Shown here piece by piece: positions 20,571 to 31,175 of a DNA stretch of 64,000 bases. The stretch covers positions 62,001 through 126,000 of the forward strand of contig JAQGDQ010000117.1 in the NCBI GenBank assembly GCA_030141605.1, written 5' to 3'. The position numbers and the translations under genes were made by a program. The stretch comes from Tubiluchus corallicola. Lineage: Eukaryota; Animalia; Priapulida. The notes beneath the pieces were generated by a model. It did not search any database, was not told the DNA's origin, and saw only the letters and a list, made by a program, of their open reading frames with translations. The stretch's first letter is position 1. Each line of letters opens with the position of its first letter.

Positions 20571-23085
20571 GAGTTTCCATAAGTGCGGCACTTTGAATAA
20601 CACTTGCATTAATTTTCTTACATCTCAAAAAGCTAAAAAAAAACGTTTAAACCATCTATAAGTGAAAAGTGTTAAAGCAAAAGTACGTTGTAAAAGTCTA
20701 TATGCATTGATAGCAGATTCTAATAACGTACAATTCGTGCCATAGTTAATAATCCTGTTCTGTTAGTTTCTTTTTTCTTTTTTACGTCGAGCATTGCAAA
20801 TCACTTTGTGAAACGCTATTAGTGGAAAGCTTTTCCGATTTTTCATTAATTACCGGCTTAACGAGTCTGAGCTGTCGAGGTTAACTCTTTAATGTGCAGT
20901 TAATTACCCTTGTCCCGCTTAATTTCAATTTAGTGAGTTGTTTTGCTGTAATTACCAAGCTATTAAGATTCGGTAATGCAACTGTGTAGAATTAATACAA
21001 GTCCATTGCAAAATTGATCGATAATTCACGTGAATATTACTGCAAATTTAAAATGAGTCAGTAATATGGCAGGCATCACAGCTAGACATAGGCCTATCTT
21101 TTACAGATTAATTAAAAATTCCAGTTAAGCACTTTCAGCATTTCCTACACAGTTTTAATGATCGAATGTTTTTTTTATTCGATAACTTCGATTATTTCCA
21201 TATAATTTCTGCATATAATCGTTTACCTCCAAGTGTATTCACAAAGGTCTTAGTTAGGTACGGTAACCGTTGGATTGAGAGAAGTATTAAATATTGCTGC
21301 TATTTAAATATCTGTCTACAAAAATTATTGTAAAACGAAAAGTGGTAAATTAGATAATAAAATAGCAGTAATTATATATGTCCGTAGAAGACGAACAACA
21401 TGCCTAACTATAGATTTTAGATAAGGTAAGATAACAATAAAATTATTTACAGATAAAAAAATTGACGAAATGCATTAAATACGATTTAAAGATTTAAAAT
21501 TAAAAGATGTCTTCTGCATACAGCTGATTTATCCAATATTGATAAATATCAGATAAAAAGATAAATCACTGTCAAAAATTCCATTTATCAGATTGTTTAC
21601 TCGCTCTTAAATTGATATTTTTATCACTATTTTTGTTTTGATGCTATCCTGTACATTATTGTTACTATTTTAAGTAATTAAGGGTGGTTAAAAATTAATT
21701 TATTTTTACAGCCATGATATGAAACATACGTAATAACGCAAATGTCAAAAGTTTTGGTGACAGTGAGTGACAAAAGTGATATAGTGGCTGACGGTACCAA
21801 TCACTCAAATTTAATCGTAAAACTGCACAGCAGATAGGCCTAGCTATTGTAAGCATAAAGAATAACTCTTTTGAATTTATCTCTGTTGGACTTCACTTTG
21901 CGTAGTAGACTCTTTAAGAACAAGTACTTAACTGAACGCCACTCAGCTACTTGTGAACGCTAAATAACAAAATCTTTTCAATAATCGCATCTGTCAACCG
22001 GACGGGTTAGCTGTATGAAAGCGGGCAAACCCTCCTCTCACAGGCTCACAAGTAAGTGTTTGCAGATAATTTAAATCAATTAGTCAAAATCTGTTCAATT
22101 TTCTTTGAAGTCGCGTCGAAGATTCAGGTTCGTGAAGTAGTAATGTAAACAGGCTCAAAGTTTTCGGTCACAGCTGAACAAACAGGGCGGTATTGTTCGA
22201 CTCTTGTAGTTGTTTAACCTTTACACATGCTTAGTGATTATTATACTATTCAGGGTTAATGAAGTCAATTATGATCTGAAAGGGTTAAATTTGCAAAAAA
22301 TTAAACTGAGTGTTTGTGACACCAGGCGGAACATAACCAAAGCCATGCCGACTTTGCATGTGTTGGCTGTGGCTATTTTTACATTTTTTTACATGAGCAC
22401 CATATTATTTTGTTATAATTATTGTATCAATAACAATATTATATTATTTTATATATTCTTAATGTATCTCCTATCTTATGACGTTTGTTTCGTTGGTTTG
22501 TAAGGGGCATCTGTCTCCGATAGTGTAGGGATTAATTTATGCAATTAAAATCATGTGTACATTGGGCAGAAGAGGAATAGTTATCATAGCTGAATATCAA
22601 AAATTCTTAAAGTAAATGGAAAATTTATGTCAAATAAAAGGCGGCACTATGGCAAGATGTGTATGCCACCCTAAAAATTTGATTGTAGATACAACAACGT
22701 ACATGTATATAACTTTAAACTATTTATAAATGCTTGATCAACATTATAAAGAAATAAACTTGAACTTATATTTAATTACTTAATTACTTAGTTATTTATA
22801 AGATTGACGAAATAATGAGTGAACTTTTGCATATGCATATGAAAGATCATCATGATTCAGTATCTTTATATCATCGTTTACTCAAGTTTCCACGTTTCCG
22901 TTGTTTCGGGTTAGTTTTGCCTCGAAACTTAGTTAATTAGAAGAACGTCTAATATAGTGTGTTTGTCACAACATTATTTGATAATTGTTGGCATTAGCAT
23001 TACGACTATATTTTATTTATGTGTAAGTTTACAATTCGTAAAGAATATGAATTTTCCGGATTTTTTTCATTGTCATCAACTACTG

Positions 23086-23350
23086 ACCATCCGCCTGCAT
23101 AATCTAGTGGTAACGCGTCCGCTTTCCGCCAAAGGTTGTGAGTTCTGTGCTGGGGCCGGGTTTATGCCAAAGACTTCAAAAATAGTACCTGCTGTTGTCC
23201 TGCCTGGCGCGTGGCATTTAGGGTAAAAGCGGGGTAATAGTAGTCTCTGTTACGCAATTGCAGTATTGTTATTTACAGTCGGCAAAAAACTGAGCTTATG
23301 TTAATTGTTTACCTAAATGCCGACTTTAAATAAAGATTAGTATTATATTA
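23086..23350 (+). mobile_element. tRNA-derived SINE, possibly MetaSINE-type core
   Basis: A-box-like TAATCTAGTGG (about 23100) and degenerate B-box GAGTTCTGTGC (about 23140). The core ATGCCAAAGACTTCAAAAATAGTACCTGCTGTTGTCCTGCCTGGCGCGTGGCATTTAGGG resembles the Meta domain as I recall it. The tail is AATAAAGATTAGTATTATATTA. Confidence 0.65.
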
Positions 23351-24399
23351 CATTATTACCTGCATTTCCAATAACTCGAAATGAACATCTTAAGTAGTGT
23401 AACATTTATCAGTTAACAAATTTCGCATCCTCGATTTATAAATTTTTATTTTTGCCGTCCACGTTACCGCAGGACGTAACTATTTAGTTACTTTTTACTA
23501 GAATAAGAAAACAACAACTAATAACAACAAATGAGACGGTTCTTACACTAACGATTGCGAACTTAAGCGATGCTTGTAAGAGTTACTGCGCAAACTCTTT
23601 GACAATTAGTAACAAATAAAAATACGAATACATCTAGGTTTATATAAGCGTAACTCAACGAACAAAACAAAAACACACCCTTATATTTAACTCTGCTTGT
23701 ATGAGTTTTCTTGGTTAAACGATTTTTTTTGCAAAAACCCGCCGCTGTTTGAAGGACAATTACCCGAGCTTCGAGCTCTCTTTACTCGTGTGTGCACAAG
23801 TGATTATGCCCGGGTAAACGGAGACAAGTTGATAAATTAGATAAAATTAGTGCAGAAATAATTGTTCATTTTAGGCTGAGTTTGTCGTTATTTTCACCTT
23901 AATGTGTAAAGCAAAGCCCACAAGGTGCATAGCTTGTCAATGTTTGCCAAGCGTACGTGTAACAAATGACACCTGTGTGAATGCGGCAATTTAGTATTGC
24001 AAATTAACTCAAAGGCTTTGTTGATTTTTCAATTTGCCTCCAAAATCTACAAACAATGACTTCATTTACTAGCGATTTCACTGCGCGTGCGCCTTAAGAG
24101 GCGAAAAGAAGGAAATTAACACAGCATTGATTTTTAAACCAAGTTAAAGTAGTTTGTAGTATGAGCTCCTAAAATTGGCGGCATTGGCGTTAGATAAAGA
24201 CCAATATGATAAGTTTCTTAAAAGTTTTCTGCATTGCATCTTAAGGAATGGTCACATTTGTAGGGTATATACGCCTGACAAGACAACAAACCGAAACTTT
24301 GTAAAATGCTCACATTGCGGTGCTGCTACTATAAAATGAAACATACTTTAACAATGTGCTTTCCGATGTTTCTTATGCCAGCGCTTCCGTATTGCACAT

Positions 24400-25040
24400 T
24401 GCTGCTGATTTTGTTGTTGCTTTTGTTGCTGTTGTTTGTAATATATGTCGCTGCTAGTATTGCTCTGCTGTAGCTGCTGCTGCTTTTGCTGTTGTTGTTG
24501 CCACTGTTGCTACTGTTGTTGTTGCTTTAATTTGTTGCTACTACAGCTGCTGCTTCTTGCTGCTAGAGCTACTGCTACGGCTGCTACTATTATTGTTGTT
24601 ATTGCTACTGCTACTTACTGCTGCTGTGGTCTGCTCCTTCTGATCCTATTGCTGTTTCTCGTGTTGGATTAATGTTGCCCACGTTACATTTGGTTGAAGC
24701 GCTTCATGTTGTAAATTTTCTCTTGCTTGAGTTGCATGTTGCAATTTGCCACTGTTATTGCATTGCTAGTAGATACTAGTGTTGCTTGTGTTGCCTGCTA
24801 CTATTCATCGTTGATGTGTTCGCGAGCCGTACCAGCTGCCGTTGCTGGTATATATTGTCGCTGATGCTGTTGCTTCTACCGCCCATATTGCTGATGTTGG
24901 TAGTGTTATTGACATTATATCTGATGATGACAGCGCTGTTAATGTCACTGTGGAAAGTGACAAGTGTTACTGTAAATTGGAAACATTGGAAACAGCATAA
25001 ACAGCGTATCGTCATCGTCAGTAACACAAGCAGCGCTATT
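24400..25040. repeat. Degenerate (TGC/TGT)n trinucleotide tract
   Basis: Runs of gctgct and gttgtt that produce spurious poly-C/L ORFs. Confidence 0.85.
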
Positions 25041-25477
25041 ACCGGCAAATATGATATACAGTTTTCAAAAAAAAGTTCGTTTTGCGTAATACTTACAAAC
25101 AGTGGCGGCTCGAAGCTACTGTGAAAAATTAAGCTGTTTAGTTCACTTACAGTCACAGAACTTATTTCTTGTGGATGCAAGGCGTCCATTATTAAATAAT
25201 TTATGTTTTAATTTAAGCACACACGCTAAGTTTACACTTTATCACATCCAAGAATATGACGGTACACGGTAAGCACTTAGCAACTGACGTCAAACATATT
25301 CGTCTATCGCTCCGCCCCCCCCCCTCCCCGTAATGTAAGCACGCTCAGCAGCATTCGGGACAACAGCTCACGCAGGACGTCTAAGCTAAACTAAACTAAA
25401 CTTAACAACAACATGACAGTCACAACTAATGTCTAATCAGCAGATAAACAAATTTGCAGAACAGCAGCAATTTTTAC

Positions 25478-25845
25478 ACGAAATTAATATTTCAAGTAGC
25501 CAAAAAAAATGACTTTTCAATTTAAACAGAATGTGGAGACGACGTTCCAAAGCACTACAAAATACAGAGACATAAGTCAAAGTCATACAGAGGCATAAGT
25601 CAACATACAGACATGCAGAGACATACAGACATACAGACATGCAGACATAGATAAGTCAAAGTCGTACAGAGACATAAGTCAACATAAAGACATACAGACG
25701 TACAGAGACATACAGACATACAGAGACATAAGTCAAAGTCATACAGAGACGAAATTAATACTTCAAGTAGCCAAAAAATGACTTTTCAATTCAAACAGAA
25801 TGTGAAGACGAAGTTTCAAAGCACTACAAATACAGAGACATAAGT
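25478..25845. repeat. About 100-bp direct repeat flanking an ACAGAGACAT/AAGTCAAAGTCAT minisatellite
   Basis: 25478-25577 and 25749-25845 are near-identical (ACGAAATTAATA...GCACTACAAATACAGAGACATAAGT), with short-unit repeats between them. Confidence 0.9.
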
Positions 25846-27279
25846 ATAATAAAGAAACTAAGCCAGTTAGCTTTGATTTACAATAAATGAGCAACAAAAA
25901 TATTAAGTCTCTCTTGCCGTTAAACATACGAACATCAAGCCTGCGATGTGTGTATAACTGATCATGTGCAAAATTTATTCAGTTTTTGTATTGTTCCGTT
26001 TGTCAGGCTAAGGAATTGGAATAAATTTGATTGTTCCATTCCATAGACGACCTTTATATTGAATGCCCGAGTTATATGAGTCCCAATGGCATCTTTTAAC
26101 CATGATTATAACCAGAAAAATAGCGTAAAATTAACTAATATCACATGGGTGTATAATATAAGTTTTAATCAATTTGAATTAATTTTGACTGTGATGATCT
26201 TATTGAGATTTATAAAAACTGGCCAGAAAAGAAAACATTTTGTTTTGTCTTTATTTAAAGTTAATCAAATAGTTGTTTTTACCTAACTTGCAATTCCATA
26301 AGCTAAACTAAACTGCCTAGTCTCTTGATTGCAAAATGATTTAATCAGCAACTCATAGACGTAAGCGTTGTGCATTTCTTCCTATAAACGAAACTAGACT
26401 ATATATTTCCACTAATTCACTTGGAGTTTCAATTGACAATAATAAAATCTAAAACAAGGCCAATATTTTTCCCGCTAACTACTGAAAAGTTGAACTAAAT
26501 GTCCCGAACGTACCTGCTGCAGGGTGTGTGAAATAACTTGCACGCTGATTGGGCAGTCAACGAAAATGATTAGACGTCCATTGTTACTGTGTTAGAAGAC
26601 TGTGTACTTTTAGAGACAGAGCGAACAGCGTGTTATCTCAGACAAGAGTGCATGGCCGCATGCGCACAACAACCAAACACCAGGTTGCTTGGGCTGTGAA
26701 GGAAATTGTACTGACCTCACATGCTCCGGTTCTGCACAAGTATAAAAAAGAACTCAAGGAAAAACGCTTATTATATTGAATATATTCGTTAATAATGAGT
26801 GAAAACAGGGGGTGCTGCTTTAATTTGGCACGATTTAATTTTGTGTAGCAAAAGATGTGTAACTTAAAACTCTATACAAAAGAGTAGATAATGTAGATAA
26901 AGAGTAGCATATGTAGCAACCGTAGGCACCATTTCAGTTTTCAACAATGAATTGCACCTAACATCAAAATAAATGACCACTTAAGCTGAAAAGGCGATGT
27001 TTTAAATATATTAGAGAGTGGTAATTAAATTTTACGACGCAAATTTGTGTCACAGAAACCATTTGCGAACCAAATGAGACGGTGTTCGGCCATGCTACGT
27101 GACGTTTTGTTGAATGATAAAAGACTAGCTTAGTGTCTACATTAACGCTATCATTACAACGTCACTTGCAGCTAAACACATTCCAGAACTTCAGGTTTTT
27201 GAAAGATTTGTGACTAGCAGGACAAAATTGAAGAGGTGCTTATTTTCAGTCTTGCTGAACACAAGGACAGCCGTGGTTC

Positions 27280-27855
27280 TAGGTAGGCCTATGCGTAACA
27301 TGCTTTAAAATTATTTTTTGTTGTTGTCAGGGCAAATCCAAGCTTTTTGAAGAAAGTTTTGTTTTACATATATTGTTTAGGCTACCTATTTTTGCTCATC
27401 TTATACACCTCAGTATGTAATTAGTATAATTACAGTGCTAGACGTGTGTGTTCAGATTACGACATCTCTTACTTTGATGTTATTGTTAGACCCTTACCTT
27501 ACTCTCTGTTTGTTAGGCTTTAAAATTCATAAAGCTTCCGAAATGTATTCTGAGCTCAGACATCTATTTCAGTCTGAAGTATATACTTAAACGCATTTGA
27601 AAAGAACTAGGCGTTTAGTTATAAAGAACTGAAACTAGATCACATGTAACTTAGAGGTAAAAATGACGCACATCTGCTGAATGAATTGTTTTATACCAGA
27701 AATTGTAGTATTTTTATTATTTATTATTGATTGTAGTTTTAGATGTTCTTTGTAATTATAATTGTAAATGTACTTGTAATTGTGTGTGTATTTTTATGTA
27801 ATTTGTGACCTAGCCGCCGAAATAAATAAATAATTCAAACTAATAATAAATAATC
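27280..27855 (+). mobile_element. Decayed L2-like LINE 3' fragment
   Basis: The interrupted translation RNML*NYF...F*RKFC...YFDVIVRPLPYSLFVRL*NS resembles the C-terminus of L2-group ORF2. It is followed by a T-rich 3' UTR and an (AAAT)n tail near 27820-27855. Confidence 0.45.
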
Positions 27856-28074
27856 ACAGTGTTTCGAATTTTCTAAGATCATATGAAAGCTTGATACAGT
27901 GGTATTGCAAAGAATTGAGCAAATGAAAGTTAATTTTTGTATACATGACATACGTTTATCGTCTTTATTTATGATTGTCATTATAATTTTATAATAACGC
28001 TAGCAGGTTATTTTCATAACAATTTATCTAGTTGGTGACTCAGTCACTGACTTCTTTTACTTCATATGTAATAA

Positions 28075-28700
28075 GTAACAAGTTTATTGACGAATAACGT
28101 AATACAATATACATAAAAAAATCACATATCACACAAAACAGCCCAATACTTGGGTATAAATAGTGACGTTAAAACAGTAAAAGAAACAGTAGGGGTTAAA
28201 CAGTTTATAATATTCACACGTACTATTGCTGTCAATTGAATACGATTTTCTGTGATTAAGATTTTATTTTCCTTCTTTCAAAACAGTCTGTAATATAATT
28301 TGAAACTAAATTTGCCAAGTTCACGATCAATTTCATTCACCAGAAATATAATTTCCCTCTGTACCATGAGATTCATAAAGTTTGGGGAAATTTCATTGAT
28401 ATGACAGAACCAACTATGTCTCAAACAATTATAATTGTTACTTTCAAGAATTAAATTCTTAAGTCTTACAAGAATTACAAAAATGGCATAGTCTGTTGTT
28501 AAAGGGGATTTTAAGTTTGGCATGTCAGCCATTCTCAATAAGGAGTTGTGTGAGCTAATACGCAACTTTGTAAAATTTGCTCTTTCAACGGGATTTTCTT
28601 ATTAGAAACAAGTATCTTTCTTCTACGAACTCGTTTTTAAACTTGGAGTAAGTTCGACATCATAAGATTAAGATATTTCTGTATCATGCAAGCGTATGAC
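28075..28700 (-). mobile_element. Decayed LINE ORF2 C-terminus (RTE-X-like)
   Basis: The frameshifted translation RTYSKFKNEFVEERYL / ERANFTKLRISSHN / LLIENG*HAKLKIPFNNRLCHFC matches the 'RTY..FK...KLRIS.H.L.IE.GRY...R.C..C' C-terminus of non-LTR ORF2. CAATAAA lies near 28090 on the minus strand. Confidence 0.75.
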
Positions 28701-29409
28701 AATCTTATTTTAAAAACTTATATAGTAGTGTTATGAATTAGTGTAATTATATAAGATACAGGCCATCATTATGCAAAATTTACATCTTGTATCATTTTAT
28801 TGTCCAAAATGATGTTAGAAAGATTTTTTTATATCAGACTTTTGAAAACATATAAAATATTCACAATTTATTGTCTATCGCTCTTCGGTCAAAAGCTAGT
28901 CATCAGCAGGGACTGTAGCAAAAAAGAACAATCACGGAATTATAACAAACAACAACAACGCTACGCATTTCTTCAACGTTTTTTAACGTTTTAGAAACAT
29001 TATAAAGTAAGCAATATAAACATTAAATTTATCTAAAGTTATTCAAAGTATAGCAGCTTTAAAATTCATGTTTAGATATCATGTAATTTATGTTATTGGA
29101 TGCCGTCAAAACATCTGGAGAATTCGGAATTTTTCATCTAAATGAGCGTGAATTTTCCACAATTCTGCAGGAAAGATTAAGCTATCAACGCACCGGAAGA
29201 GGATCGGTTAAAGCAACAACTAATGTGTCTTAAAGCTTCGTCTAACAAGCAAGTTTACAAACTTCTGATGAACATGATAATTACTTGGCAAAATTTAACG
29301 AACCGAACGTAAGCCAACCAGGTGTCGAAGTTTAGAGCAAATAAACAGCTTTATAGAAATTTAGTAAAGAAAGATTGCTGGTCGGATAAGACTTACAGGA
29401 AGCTACAGT

Positions 29410-29631
29410 GTAGAATAGAATAGAACTGCATAGCATAGAATAGAACAGAATAGAAGAGAATGGAATGGAATGGAATGGAATAGAATAGAAAAGAATAGAA
29501 TAGAATAGAATAGAATAGAATAGAATAGAATAGAATAGAATAGAATAGAATAGAATAGAATAGAATAGAATAGAATAGAATAGAATAGAATAGAATAGAA
29601 TAGAATAGAATAGAATAGAATAGAATAGAAT
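29410..29631. repeat. (TAGAA)n pentanucleotide microsatellite
   Basis: A long pure run with (TGGAA) variants at the left end. Confidence 0.97.
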
Positions 29632-30170
29632 ACCTTTTATTTCACAGTGAATAATATGTACATACGCATTTAAACACAAACACAATCACATTATAAGTGA
29701 TACCAGCCACTGTGAGGAGAAGGAAGGAGCATTATGCTATCGGGTCCTCCTCCAAATAGTTCAGCAATTGCCACTTAACATTACATAATAATTATCACAT
29801 ATTATAACGTATAAAGTTAAACAAAATAAGTTTTAGTAGTAACTTAAAATCAGGATGAATTCAGATTGTTGTGAATTTATTATATCGTTGTAGAAAGCAT
29901 TGCTTTGATGCGTTTTTAAATTGATAAAGGCTAAGACTTTTCATTTCACAACGAATTGATGACCGTATTTTAATAGCATTAAGTTTTGATGACTGCTTCG
30001 TTAAATTTGTTTTTGGAAGAGGTGGTACATAGTTTTCGACTAAATATCTTGTGTAATGATCATGTTGATTTGAAACTAGACTAAAGTATGACTGAAAAGC
30101 TGGTGGAAGAAGTGAATTAATGATATTGATACATGAAATTGAGACAATACGTGTCATATCATACATTTCT
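29410..30170 (-). mobile_element. 5'-truncated CR1/L2-group (Crack/Daphne-like) LINE with a (TATTC)n tail
   Basis: ORF 30166-29861 (LLPPAFQSYF...HDHYTR...PKTN...SLYQFK...FLQRY) is a typical CR1/L2-group ORF2 C-terminus. A 3' stem-loop lies at about 29714-29753, followed by the pentanucleotide tail at 29410-29631. Confidence 0.8.
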
Positions 30171-30359
30171 TTCTAAGTTACTTGGTTCGCTTAATAAGAT
30201 CTAATCGAAAAGAAATGCCTGTCGTAACTTTTATTTTAATTTTCTGTAAATTTTCTGTATCGTTTTTCTCTTCTGTCCCTAATTTTCATCTTCAGTACGC
30301 AACAATTTCTTTCCATTCGTTCTTTTCGTTTTTTCGACCCCATTCTTTTCCCTATTTCC

Positions 30360-30530
<171 letters not shown>

Positions 30531-31104
30531 CTCTTCCATTCTGTTCTTCAGTGATATTTAATCGTTAGCGCGCAAAGAAGCATTACATCATCTTGAACAG
30601 GATATGAAAGCGCATGCGCAGCTCACCTTCATTGCTATAACTTAGTGTTTCCAAAAGGAAATGCATTAGCACTGTTTTGCTTTCATTGCACATTGTATTA
30701 TCGCCACTTATTTCATAATTACTTCATTATTAATCGCTGTTTGCAGAATTTGCTCAATATATATGAGTAGCACGTTTCATTCGAAGTTAATTACGTGGCG
30801 AATGACGTTGAGAGGCAAGAACGTGATTCCTGAATAGAATGAAAGGGATAACATTACTGCGCCTCTAAACCTAGAAGACTTTAAACTTAAAAAAAACTTA
30901 CTTTAATTTTTACAATTTTACTTGCATTTTAACGTACTGAAATAAACTTTAAAATTTAATAAAAAAAATTGGCTCGGTAACTTCAACCTAGTGAAAAATA
31001 CTCATTATCATTATTAAATAGTATTTCGAACATGGATTTTTCCTCCATTAGCCATGAATTTATTTATTAAACAGAAATATTGAGTCGATTTTTTTCGAAA
31101 CCAG

Positions 31105-31175
31105 CTTTCCGAGGTAAACTACAATAGCTCTAGAGCTCTAGCCATTACTTGGATGGGTGACTAAGGGTAAATGTG
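31105..31175 (+). pseudogene. 5S rRNA-derived fragment (SINE3 head or 5S pseudogene)
   Basis: CCGAGGTAAAC...TACTTGGATGGGTGAC...GGGTAAAT resembles the 5S internal control region (box A, then TACTTGGATGGG(A/T)GAC box C). It is incomplete and diverged. Confidence 0.55.
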
